From an uncultured virus (IMG/VR IMGVR_UViG_3300026549_002379) (taxonomy: Duplodnaviria; Heunggongvirae; Uroviricota; Caudoviricetes), in the IMG/VR virus record IMGVR_UViG_3300026549_002379: DNA of 64,000 nucleotides; one strand, given 5' to 3'. This document shows positions 18,802-28,459 of the stretch, piece by piece. A program made the position numbers and the translations under genes. Numbering within the stretch: the first letter of the stretch is position 1; the number at the start of each line of letters is the position of its first letter. The notes beneath the pieces are model-generated. The model was not told the origin of the DNA. It did no database searches and saw nothing but the letters and a program-made list of their open reading frames with translations.

Positions 18802-19977
18802 TTAGCCGCCATAACCGTCGGTGTTCTTGTCATCCTCGTCGTAATCGACCTCATCGAAATCGAAGTCCGGCGTGGACCTGCCGTGCTCGACAGAGTTGTA
18901 AATCGTCTGGTCGCCGTTCTTCACAGGCTCGGTCATCTTCTCGTCCTGCGCCTCAGGCTCCACACCATACTCCTGAGCATCCTTGGGCTTTGCGCCAAGG
19001 TCAACGGAATCAAACACTCCACGCTGATGCGTCGCCCTTGCCTGAAGCTCGGCCTCATGGTCCTTGACGAATTTCTCATAATCGCTTCCGAGCGCGGCCA
19101 AAGCCTGCTTCGACAGAGTCGGACGCTTTCCACTGCCCACATAGGGCAGCGTCTGCACCCGATAGGCGGCCTTGTAAATCTTCTCGGCTTCCGCATCGAG
19201 CTCCGACATGTCATCGGCCAGCTGCTCGTTCCGGGCTTCGATGTATTCGTCTGCGTCCTGGCCAAAGCCAAGCTCATTGGCCTTGTACCACGGAATGTCC
19301 TCCTCGTCGCCCTTCAGGCCTTCCTGCTCACGCAGGTCGTCCCATCCGCTAGCCCTCGTCGTATCGGCGAACGCCGATGCGTCCGTCTCATAACGAGCAT
19401 TATCAAGTTCCTCCATACGGTCGATAATCTTGTCGTTCATGAGCCTGTTCATCTCATCCGTCCACTCATCGCCGCGCATGAACACGGCAACGGGCATGAA
19501 GCCGAAACTCATGTTATGAAGCAGGTCATCCTTCGATACTGGCGCGTCAGGACACTCATCGGCATGCTGCATGTAAAGCACCGCATACCAGTCCATGCCC
19601 TGCTGCTTCGCGGCCTCCTGGCCCTTGGCCCAGAGGAAGTCCCTGCGATTGTCATAAGGCACATCATCAAACGGGAGCGCCGATTCGCTACTGTATCCCA
19701 GGGCATCGCACATGTCATTGAAATCCCTCTGCACGGCCGGATACAGTCCAGGGTCGTCGGCTACTACCGACAGCTCGCCGATGGCACCGTACGCATCGGC
19801 ATAGTCCTGCACGGACTTCATGCGACCCTTGCGCGCCTTGTCTTTCAAATGCTCGATATGCATAGCGCACATCTCGGCATCGGAGGGAGGCTCTGAAAGC
19901 CCCAGAGCCTCATCCATCTCACTCATGGCCTGCTCGTACTCCTCACGAGTCAGACCCATCTCTTCCCATTCATTCAT
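18802..19977 (-). CDS. Acidic hypothetical protein (RNAP operon)
   Basis: Directly follows the RNAP stop; AAAGGAG RBS before MNEWEE. Confidence 0.7.
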   Translation of the reverse strand: MNEWEEMGLTREEYEQAMSEMDEALGLSEPPSDAEMCAMHIEHLKDKARKGRMKSVQDYADAYGAIGELSVVADDPGLYPAVQRDFNDMCDALGYSSESALPFDDVPYDNRRDFLWAKGQEAAKQQGMDWYAVLYMQHADECPDAPVSKDDLLHNMSFGFMPVAVFMRGDEWTDEMNRLMNDKIIDRMEELDNARYETDASAFADTTRASGWDDLREQEGLKGDEEDIPWYKANELGFGQDADEYIEARNEQLADDMSELDAEAEKIYKAAYRVQTLPYVGSGKRPTLSKQALAALGSDYEKFVKDHEAELQARATHQRGVFDSVDLGAKPKDAQEYGVEPEAQDEKMTEPVKNGDQTIYNSVEHGRSTPDFDFDEVDYDEDDKNTDGYGG

Positions 19978-19994
19978 AATGGCTTCTCCTTTCA

Positions 19995-22900
19995 TTAGTC
20001 CACAAGGCCCTCACCGGACTGCTTGGACATCTCCTTGGCCTTGCGCTCGATGTCCGAGACGTCAATGCCATCACGCGTCTTCTGCTGGCGCTTGTGTCCG
20101 TCCTCGAGCGTGTCGCTCTTCGTAAACGCACGCATCGTGCGTCCCTCGGCACGCTCGTCGCCGGCTGCACGCTGCTCTGCCAGACGCTCGTTCGCACGCA
20201 TCTTGTTCGGCATGAACTCATGGTCGCAACGACCCTCGAAGAGGTCCATGCCCTTGCCATCGTTCGCATCGGCGATGTCGCAAAGCGTCTGGAAGTTACC
20301 ACCATAGGCCATACGGTCCAGAGGAGCCACCAGGTCCTTGCGTACGCTCTCATCCTCGATGTTGCGCATCACGCCGTTATCGTCTGCCATCACATCGGCA
20401 ACCTGCTTCAGCCACTTCTCGTTGATGGACACGTTCAAGCCATTGTCCGCCGTGGAGCTAGTGTACATGTCCCTGAAGGACTTGACCCACTCATCCCTCG
20501 TCGCAAGGGACGGCTTTCCGTCACCATCCCTGGCAACCTGCCACTGATTCTTCTCGTCACGACGAACCAGATATCCACGCCACAGGTTGCGTACCGGCGA
20601 CTGAAGCAGCCGATACTTCACCTCTGCCTCCTCGGCACTGTGCTTGACCTGCAGGAGCGATTGCGTAACAGGACGCGTCAGCTCCAGAACCGCCGTCGGA
20701 CACTCATTACGAAGCGCCGACATCGCTCTCTGCGAATAGCCGCCACCGATGCCCGTACCGAACGACTTCGTAGCCGTTGCGTACATGACATCCTCCTGGT
20801 CCTGACGCGTCGCAAGCGTATGGCCGGTGTCGCGAATCTTCGAGTAATCTATTGCGTCCGCGCCCTTGTCATCAATGGCAAGTCCTGCCCACTTTGCATA
20901 GGTGCGAACCTTGTTGTAGTTACCCTTTGCCCCGGTCTCGACGCAGGCCTCGACCACTGACTGGATGTGCTCCTGCACGCCATCGAAGCGAATGTACGAG
21001 GTTCCGCACTTGCCACTGAACGCCTTGTGATACGCGTCATTCAGCCGCTGCACATAGCCTTCCTTGATATCATCGTCCAGGTCAGCCCATGCAGGCACCG
21101 CATCGTCGCGCTGGGCATTGTTCAAATCACCGATAATGCCCTCGAACTCGCTCTTCAGCGACGGGTCATTGTGCTCGGCAACCTTGACGTCCAGCGACTC
21201 CTGGAGACCAAGCTCCATGTTGCCATGCTCGTCTGCCGCACCGTAGTCCAGCAGATTCTCCTTGATGGAGAACAGGTGCTCCGCCTCTGCCTTCGCACGA
21301 GGGTCATGCAGATTGACAACGGCAACGGTATCGCCATCGAAGTCGCCATCGAACGGCTTGTCAACCGCAGGATTGATGGACACGCCGGTAAGCGAGTCAT
21401 CAATCTTCACGCGCATATAACGAACGCCGGAGTCACGCAGAACAGGGTCACGCCAAATCAGCGCCTTGTCGCCGTCCTTCAGACCGATGGTGTCAGCCAT
21501 CACGCGACCGATGGCAATCTCGTCGATATCCAGACGCGGGTCCTCAGACCAGATGGACGTAGCCGAGTTCGGCATGCGGTGTCCCATGATGTCGTCACGG
21601 AAGATGTTATGCTTTCCCTCGAACTGACGGGAAGCCACGCCATCCATAATCACGTCGTACTGAGACTGGGCGTCGCTCTGGCACTCCGCCATCTTAGCCT
21701 CGTCACCGTGCGCCTGTGCATCACGGTAATTGCAGGCATCCATGAAGATGCGCTCGTACTGATGCGTCCAGTCATGCGTCGTGGACGTACCGTCCTCGAA
21801 CGTCTGACCGCTGCGCAGATAAGAGCTCATGACAGGAAGACCCCAGGTCACCTTGTCATCGTTCACGCGCTGCGTGCTCGCGTCCGTATGACGATGCACG
21901 GTCGTAGGACGGACATAGGTGCCATCCTTTCTTGTATAGCCCTTGCGCGTCCACTCCTCTGCCTTGTAGACAACGTCCGTATGACCGTCGTTCAGCGGAG
22001 GCAGCGGGTCACCCGTCTTGTACTTCAGCTCGAACGGCAGCTCCATGATGCCGCCCTCGAACATGACCTTGTCATGATACTGGCGGGTCATCTCCCTGGT
22101 ATCCAGTGTCATGCCTGACTTCGTCTCATGATAGACCAGCTCGGGCATCTCGAAGACCTTGCGCTTCTCGCCCTCATGAGGCTCGTATCCGCGATGGATG
22201 CGGCCGGTTTCGTCGATGTCCAGACCACACGTAATCAAATACTCCCTGAGGTTCGTGACAGGCGCGGAGTTCGAACCGTAGCACTCGCGCATGATGGAAT
22301 CGGCACCCTTAGAGTTAAGTGCCCACGCCAGCTGGGCGGACGCCTTACGACCACGGCCCTCGGCCAGCTCCTCATCATCATAGATATGCGTCTTCGTATC
22401 CGCCGACTTATCGGTGATAATCATGTTCAGCTCGCCAAGGGCACCCTTCAGCGTCTCGCCATCAGGCGACTTCAGGTCACTGACCTCGCCATCCATAATC
22501 TCGCGCATTGCTCCTGCGTTGAAACGCGAAGGCGCAGAGAACGGAGCCATGACGACATCCATGTCAGGGTTGGCCTTGAACCATGCCCATTGCTCGTAGA
22601 TGCCCTCCTTGCGGGCTTCCTCCTCGGACATGTCAGGGTCAACGACCAAGGACACGACGCCCTTGTTGCCATGCATGTCGGAAATCTTGTCGCCCTTGAC
22701 GAGACCGCGCAGCTGGCCGCTGCGGTTCCGCATCTTGTTCGCCTCGGCGAAACGCTTGGACACGACCATGCCGTCGTCCATGTTCCATCCGCCGAAATCC
22801 ATCAGCGCAACCTTCGTCTTCTTCGTAATCGAAGAGGCCTGTGTGATATTCGAGAACGCCATGTTCTGACGGTCGAACGGGTCATAGGACGCATACTGCA

Positions 22901-25661
22901 TTATCGGATGCGCCATGATGGCACACCTCGCGTTCTTGTCAGCCGACGGATGAATGAAGCCATTCTCGTCCACATGCGTGCCTTCCACCAGATACCGCAG
23001 GGTGCCCTGGTTCGTCGTCGTCGCCGTGGAGGCTATCGGGTCGAAGTATCCATCGCTCGCCTCGTTCATGACGGCCATGTTGCGACCGCCGGTCAGTGCC
23101 GGAGCATCCGTACCGTTCGTATTGGCAACATCCAGAAGACCACGCTCCATCTGATACTGCATGTACAGTGTGGAGCCGTCGCGAATGTCGTTCGAATAGC
23201 GAACACGCTGAGACTCCGTCTTCACAATCGCGTCAATCATGTCCTGGGACATGCCCTGCTCGCGATACTGCTGCTCGAAATCAAGGTCATGCCTTGCGTC
23301 ATACAGACCGCGATACGCGCCATTAAGAGACGTCGGAACGCCAAGCGCATCGCCGCCCTTGCGATACCAGGAAATGTCAGTACGAACCTGATAGGCAATG
23401 GCCTCGCGCATCGTCTGCTCATAGCCACGAAGTCTCGTGCGCTCTTCGACGGACTTGTGCTCGCCAGGCTTCTGCGGCATGATGTTCGCCTCATAGCCGG
23501 GAACGAAGGCATAGTTATCGGACGCGTTGTAACCAGTCGCAACAACGCCGCGGGCGTCAGGCTCGAAAATCTGGCCAAGCTCGCCTTCGACATGCTCCGT
23601 CTGGGCACTGCTCTGCGTCGGCGTCAGCTCGCCCGACCAGCGCACGATGCCATGGCCGTCAATGCGAATGCCGGCATCAGGCCCGTCGAACATAACGCCG
23701 TTCTGCTCCAGACTCGTGCGAATCGCACCGTACATGCTCTGCATGAACGGCGACGTCTTCGTGCTCATATCCACAGAACCGGGGAAGTCGAACTTCACGA
23801 GCTTGTCGCGCACCTGGTCGCAATAGAAGTTGTCTCCACGCACATCGTCCTTGTCCATGCCAAGGATGCGCATGGCCTTCACGATATCGTCCGTGTTCCG
23901 ATACTGGTTGAAACCGTTCGTGTTGTACTGTGCCACGCCGACAGGATTGAAACGCGTGCCATCCGGCCCCTTCTCATAGGTGCCGATGTTGGCCTCCACG
24001 CAATCCGCCGCATGGGCACGGATGATTTCCGCAGGAGTCATCCCTGCGCTGTCGTACATCTTGGACTGCAGGTTCACCTGCGTCAGCCCCGCGTCGACCA
24101 CGTTCTCCGTCTCGTACTCGCCTGCCTCGGAGAGCTCCGTCAGGAACTCCTCCTCGTCGACGCCAGGACGAAGCAGCGTCGTCCGACGACCTTCCAGAAG
24201 GTCGATATAGGACGACTGAATTGCCGCGATGTTCGGGTCGCCAGAGAAAGTCGGAGCCCAACCATCCTCGGTATGATGAGCCTCCCAGTCTGCCACCAAT
24301 GCATCGGCACCAAGCGCCTCGGCATATGCCCGACGGGCGGACGTCACGGCACCGCGCAGATACTCGTCAGCCGCCTCCGGCGTCAACATCGACGTCGTGG
24401 CCGAATTGCCGTTCTTTCTGAGCATCGTCACGGCATAGTTGCCATCCTTCTTGTACATCGCCGAATAGCCTGCTCCATGATAGACGGAATTTGCTGCCAC
24501 CCGGCGGCCCTTGCCGTTGATGATGGTCTCGCGACCTGCCTCTCCGACATAGCCCCTGCCATCACCACGCGGCACCTGCTCGCCAAGAGCGAACCTCACG
24601 AGCTGCAGAGACTCCTCAGCCGTTGGAACATAGGTCTTAGCACGTCTGCTGGTAGCCGACTCACGCTCCGTCGTACTGAACGTGTACTGAGCACCGCCAT
24701 TGCGGTCGTATGCCTTGCCGATGAAGGCCTCGGAACCCTCTTTCTCAGTGACACGCACCTCGACGCGCGTACCGTCAATGCACGCCTTAATCTGGCCGGG
24801 GAACGTGTCCCTCTGGATTTTATAGGTACGGCCCTCGTCACGAAGACCCGCCAGAATATGAACACTGCGGTCCATTGCCTCACGGCGAGCTCGGACAGCC
24901 TGTGCCGAACGCGCACCAGTGTTCATGCCCTCGTTCGCCCACTGACGAACGTTGTTGTACTCGGCCTCCGTCATGTAAGGACGCAGCCGGACGACGCCGC
25001 TGATATCGTCCTCGGACATCATCATCTTGCCCGTCGGATTCACGATGATATTGCCACTCGCCGTGTCACGGACGCTGGAAATCTGCACGGTCTCGCCCGT
25101 TGCCGGGTCCATCGCCTGCTGCAGGGAATCGGCATCCTCTCCGCGAATGCCGCCCATCTGCGACCCGAGGTCCAGCACTGACGCACGGTCGGCGATACGA
25201 GGGTCATACGGCGAAATCGGATAAAAATTCCCCTGCTTGATTTCCAGGGCCCCATCCCGGTTCATCGCCTGATGAACCCATGCAACGGAATCCTTGACCA
25301 CTTTCGAAGAGCCGAAGACCCGATTCCGCTCAACAGGGCCATCTGCCTTGAAGATGTCATATCCCGGAATCTGAATACGGTTCTGCAACACCGACTTTAC
25401 CGCGCTGCATGCGGAACCAAGCGTCGCGTCGTCAAAACCATGCCTGAAGCCCTTGTCATAATTCTTGTTCTTGGCAGGGTCGTTCTGCCATGCCAGAAGC
25501 CGACGCTCGACCTCACGACGAAGCGCCCGTGCCTCTGTCGTGGTGATAAGGTCGGGCGCCTGCTTGTTGACCTCCTGCTCCATGGCATTGTAATCATGCA
25601 CAATCTGCCAGAACATGCGCTCGTACACCGCACGCGTGCAATCCTGTTTGGTAATCTTCAT
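19995..25661 (-). CDS. Single-polypeptide two-barrel (double-psi beta-barrel) RNA polymerase, beta+beta'-like
   Basis: In order: DRQNMAFSNITQA, GGWNMDDGMVVS, GDKISDMHGNKGVVS, PDMDVVMAPFSAPSRFNAG (beta-like), then WRDPVLR and NPAVDKPFDGDFDGDTVAV (beta'-like DxDGD). Confidence 0.9.
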   Translation of the reverse strand: MKITKQDCTRAVYERMFWQIVHDYNAMEQEVNKQAPDLITTTEARALRREVERRLLAWQNDPAKNKNYDKGFRHGFDDATLGSACSAVKSVLQNRIQIPGYDIFKADGPVERNRVFGSSKVVKDSVAWVHQAMNRDGALEIKQGNFYPISPYDPRIADRASVLDLGSQMGGIRGEDADSLQQAMDPATGETVQISSVRDTASGNIIVNPTGKMMMSEDDISGVVRLRPYMTEAEYNNVRQWANEGMNTGARSAQAVRARREAMDRSVHILAGLRDEGRTYKIQRDTFPGQIKACIDGTRVEVRVTEKEGSEAFIGKAYDRNGGAQYTFSTTERESATSRRAKTYVPTAEESLQLVRFALGEQVPRGDGRGYVGEAGRETIINGKGRRVAANSVYHGAGYSAMYKKDGNYAVTMLRKNGNSATTSMLTPEAADEYLRGAVTSARRAYAEALGADALVADWEAHHTEDGWAPTFSGDPNIAAIQSSYIDLLEGRRTTLLRPGVDEEEFLTELSEAGEYETENVVDAGLTQVNLQSKMYDSAGMTPAEIIRAHAADCVEANIGTYEKGPDGTRFNPVGVAQYNTNGFNQYRNTDDIVKAMRILGMDKDDVRGDNFYCDQVRDKLVKFDFPGSVDMSTKTSPFMQSMYGAIRTSLEQNGVMFDGPDAGIRIDGHGIVRWSGELTPTQSSAQTEHVEGELGQIFEPDARGVVATGYNASDNYAFVPGYEANIMPQKPGEHKSVEERTRLRGYEQTMREAIAYQVRTDISWYRKGGDALGVPTSLNGAYRGLYDARHDLDFEQQYREQGMSQDMIDAIVKTESQRVRYSNDIRDGSTLYMQYQMERGLLDVANTNGTDAPALTGGRNMAVMNEASDGYFDPIASTATTTNQGTLRYLVEGTHVDENGFIHPSADKNARCAIMAHPIMQYASYDPFDRQNMAFSNITQASSITKKTKVALMDFGGWNMDDGMVVSKRFAEANKMRNRSGQLRGLVKGDKISDMHGNKGVVSLVVDPDMSEEEARKEGIYEQWAWFKANPDMDVVMAPFSAPSRFNAGAMREIMDGEVSDLKSPDGETLKGALGELNMIITDKSADTKTHIYDDEELAEGRGRKASAQLAWALNSKGADSIMRECYGSNSAPVTNLREYLITCGLDIDETGRIHRGYEPHEGEKRKVFEMPELVYHETKSGMTLDTREMTRQYHDKVMFEGGIMELPFELKYKTGDPLPPLNDGHTDVVYKAEEWTRKGYTRKDGTYVRPTTVHRHTDASTQRVNDDKVTWGLPVMSSYLRSGQTFEDGTSTTHDWTHQYERIFMDACNYRDAQAHGDEAKMAECQSDAQSQYDVIMDGVASRQFEGKHNIFRDDIMGHRMPNSATSIWSEDPRLDIDEIAIGRVMADTIGLKDGDKALIWRDPVLRDSGVRYMRVKIDDSLTGVSINPAVDKPFDGDFDGDTVAVVNLHDPRAKAEAEHLFSIKENLLDYGAADEHGNMELGLQESLDVKVAEHNDPSLKSEFEGIIGDLNNAQRDDAVPAWADLDDDIKEGYVQRLNDAYHKAFSGKCGTSYIRFDGVQEHIQSVVEACVETGAKGNYNKVRTYAKWAGLAIDDKGADAIDYSKIRDTGHTLATRQDQEDVMYATATKSFGTGIGGGYSQRAMSALRNECPTAVLELTRPVTQSLLQVKHSAEEAEVKYRLLQSPVRNLWRGYLVRRDEKNQWQVARDGDGKPSLATRDEWVKSFRDMYTSSTADNGLNVSINEKWLKQVADVMADDNGVMRNIEDESVRKDLVAPLDRMAYGGNFQTLCDIADANDGKGMDLFEGRCDHEFMPNKMRANERLAEQRAAGDERAEGRTMRAFTKSDTLEDGHKRQQKTRDGIDVSDIERKAKEMSKQSGEGLVD

Positions 25662-25818
25662 ACCTGTCTACCTCCTGTCCTGTCTTCTTATACGAAAAGT
25701 GGCCGGGTGGAAACGTTGGCGTTCCACTCGGCCTTTCGCAAGGATGGAGGTAACGATGACGCCGCGACGTTTCGCGTATCTGCCACGATTGGCATAAGTC
25801 TTTATCATCTCTTTCCTT

Positions 25819-25847
25819 ACTGTACAACACTTATGAGCACCTGTCAA
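25819..25847 (-). promoter_or_regulatory. Putative sigmaA promoter of the RNAP operon
   Basis: TTGACA-N17-TACAGT about 160 bp upstream of the ATG. Confidence 0.65.
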
Positions 25848-25903
25848 GTCCCAACACGCGAAAAGCGCCTGCGGAAAATCCCGCAGACGCCTCAGAATCA
25901 ACG

Positions 25904-26044
25904 TCACGGACCCATTTCAGGGTCTTCGTACTCCTCTTCTGTCCCGGCACTGCCGGCTTCGGCCTCATGGTCGAGCGCCTGCAGGTTTCCGGGCATGCTG
26001 TGCTCGCCGTAGTCGACGCCATCGCCGTACGTATTCTTGTACAA
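25904..26044 (-). CDS. Small acidic protein (46 aa)
   Basis: TTG start after GAGGAGG; MYKNTYGDG...EEYEDPEMGP. Confidence 0.4.
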   Translation of the reverse strand: MYKNTYGDGVDYGEHSMPGNLQALDHEAEAGSAGTEEEYEDPEMGP

Positions 26045-26176
26045 TCTGAAATTCCTCCTCACTATACGGAAACGACCCCGCAGAATGCTCTGCAAGGGCC
26101 GTTTCCATCGTCACATGGGCACTTTACCATGGCACGCCGAAACGTGCCTGTAATCGCCTCTCACGGCCTTGTTCCG

Positions 26177-27332
26177 TCATCCCATCAACTGCCTTGCCAT
26201 AATGTCATCAAAGCGCCCGTTCGCGAACTTACGCCAGTTCTGCTGCCCGACAAGGAACCGCAGGAACTCGTCAGTCACCTTGAAGGTTCCGAACTGTTCG
26301 CCGACATTCTCATCCTCAGAGTACACACGGCTTCCCTGCTCATGCGCGGCCTCGTTCAGCTTCTGCAGCTCCGCAGAGGACGTCGCACACACGATGTACG
26401 GCTCATTATTCAGACCATACAGAGAGCCATCCCTCGTAGTAAAGAACTGATGGTCCTGCCACATGTCGCCCTTGCACTCCTGGTAGGCCTTGATGATTTC
26501 ACCATCCAGACTGTGGTTCGGATTGCCGTCGATACTGACAAAGTCCTCCTTCGCACACATGCCATGGGCATAGCGACGTTCCGACCAATCCCTCTGCTTT
26601 CCGGCCGTCTCCTGCGTAGCCTTCATCTGCTCCTCATTGTCTTCGGCCTGCTCGAAGAACGAATCGTCGTCGCGCTGACCCTCCAGGTACTGGCTGACGT
26701 CCTCGATATCATCGACACCGCCGGCGTCTTCCTGCATGGACGCATTGATGACTTCCATGATTTCGGCCGCATACAGGTCAGGGTCAAGCTGCTCGACCTG
26801 ATACTCCGTATAATCATAGATGCTCATATAAGCCTCACGAGCATCCTCTGCGGCCAGAGCCTGCTTCATACGCTTGTCAAGCATCTTGCCGAAGTCAGGC
26901 TGGTTCTTACGCACATCGAACTCCTTTGCCGAAGACAGCGTAGGAATCGTCTGGAACGTGTAGTCATGCCCAGGCTGCTTGATATCGTGCGCACGCAGAC
27001 GCCAGGACATCGGCAGGATGGTCTCGTTACGGTTCCAGATAGGCGAGTCGCCCGCACGGAACACGATGGAGTTACGCGGCGAAATGAACGCCATGTCATT
27101 GTACGAGATGACAGGCACCTCCTGTGCCGTCATCGTGTACGACGTCTTGCCCTCGTTACCGGACAGGTTCTGGAACACGGCCTCCGTGTCTCTCGTAATC
27201 GTCTTGGAGTTCGTGAACACCTTGTGCGTCGTACCAGACATCTTCTGCAGGGTATCCAGCATCGAGTCATCCGTCGACTTCAGGAAGACGATATTGCTTG
27301 TATTTCCTTGGACGACCTTATCCACGGAGTCT
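26177..27332 (-). CDS. virD4: VirD4/TraG coupling protein, exon 2
   Basis: DSVDKVVQGNTSNIVFLKSTDDSMLDTLQKMSG continues the TraG-D C-terminal motif that exon 1 leaves at QTLQQLRDVYG. Confidence 0.88.
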
Positions 27333-27999
27333 CAATGTCTCGAAAACCGAATAGAGAATCATTGAACTGTGTTTTGATGTCATCCTCGCTACGATTATTG
27401 CGACAATCCAATTCAATGAGCCGAATATGACGTTTTTCCGCATATTCTCGTTTCATACGGTCATGCTCCTGTTGGATTCGAAAATATGCCTCTCCGCCAA
27501 AGACGTCAACAGGACGATAATGCTGTTCTCCTTGACACTCAATCAAGACCCGAGTGCCGTCCTTTAATCGAACATCAAAATCGTAAGACAACAGCCCTCC
27601 GCCCGTTCCGATAAGACTCGGAAACGAACGCTGTGCCGTATAATTCAATCCGGCCTCGGCAAGCCACTCCGAAACCCTCAATTCATATTTTGAAGGTCCT
27701 TTACCACGAGCCATACTTTCAACACGAGCGCATCCGCAAGACATCGTATGACCGTTTCTAAGACTCGTTCCTCGAACAAGTACCGTTCGACCACAATCGC
27801 ATTTGCATATCCATCTGATATAACGAGTGCCTTTTTTCGTGATTTCATCATCGCCACGCGACACGACTGTCAGACTTCCGAATCGACGCCCAATCATATC
27901 TGGGATACGCAACTGTTTCTTTCGACAACCGCATGATTTCGTATGACCGTTCACCAAAGATGAACCGCGCGTGACAAATTCTTTACCGCAATCTGTCAA
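27280..27999 (-). CDS. Intron-encoded putative homing endonuclease (Cys-rich repeats + Vsr/DUF559-like nuclease domain)
   Basis: Two CG...GHTxSCGC repeats, then YDFDVRL...LIECQGEQHY...QEHDRMKREYA; lower GC than flanks; TTG start. Confidence 0.75.
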   Translation of the reverse strand: MTDCGKEFVTRGSSLVNGHTKSCGCRKKQLRIPDMIGRRFGSLTVVSRGDDEITKKGTRYIRWICKCDCGRTVLVRGTSLRNGHTMSCGCARVESMARGKGPSKYELRVSEWLAEAGLNYTAQRSFPSLIGTGGGLLSYDFDVRLKDGTRVLIECQGEQHYRPVDVFGGEAYFRIQQEHDRMKREYAEKRHIRLIELDCRNNRSEDDIKTQFNDSLFGFRDIETPWIRSSKEIQAISSS

Positions 28000-28459
28000 T
28001 AATTCTCTATTCGGTTTTCAAAGAACAGTTTCACATGTTCGCAACACATGCTCCGTGTTATATCACGGCACCCCCGTTACAGGGCGTGGACTGACTATAT
28101 GTCAACCCCGCACCGCTTTCGCGGCCGCTGAGCCACCTATTTTTCGCCGACCGCATATGCTTCGGTCGCTACAGGGACGTCATCCCTTAGTCGATGAGCG
28201 TTACCCGGCTCTTACGCTACGGGCATTCGCAACCAAACAGACCCTTGTCATCGCCGACGAGGAACCCAAACGTGATGTCAGGGCTTTTATTGCATCCTGT
28301 ACGGCATCCTCGAACTTCTTTCTGCTTTCGCTCCTTCGCGCTTGTCGTTTCCAACTACGCTGTGGCATCGAGGCTCTTGAGGCCCGTGTCAAGGTTTTAA
28401 CTGGTGTAATGATACGCACACATTACATGTACGCAGAGACTCGTCTATTTGACATCACT
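27333..28459 (-). mobile_element. Group I intron (IA-like) interrupting virD4
   Basis: P7 GACUA (28192-28188)/UAGUC (28097-28093), P4 CCUUG/CAAGG, P3 CACC/GGUG, two hairpins between P7 and P3', P8, terminal G at 27333; removal restores the reading frame YG-DSVDK. Confidence 0.85.

Noticed and set aside
19995..25661. Host rpoB-rpoC fusion
   Set aside because: Much shorter than RpoB+RpoC, highly divergent motifs, and mobile-element rather than ribosomal-protein context.
27333..28459. Group II intron or IS element as the virD4 insert
   Set aside because: No GUGYG start or AY end, no domain V, no reverse transcriptase or transposase; the inverted repeat is internal rather than terminal, and group I P3/P4/P7 elements are present.
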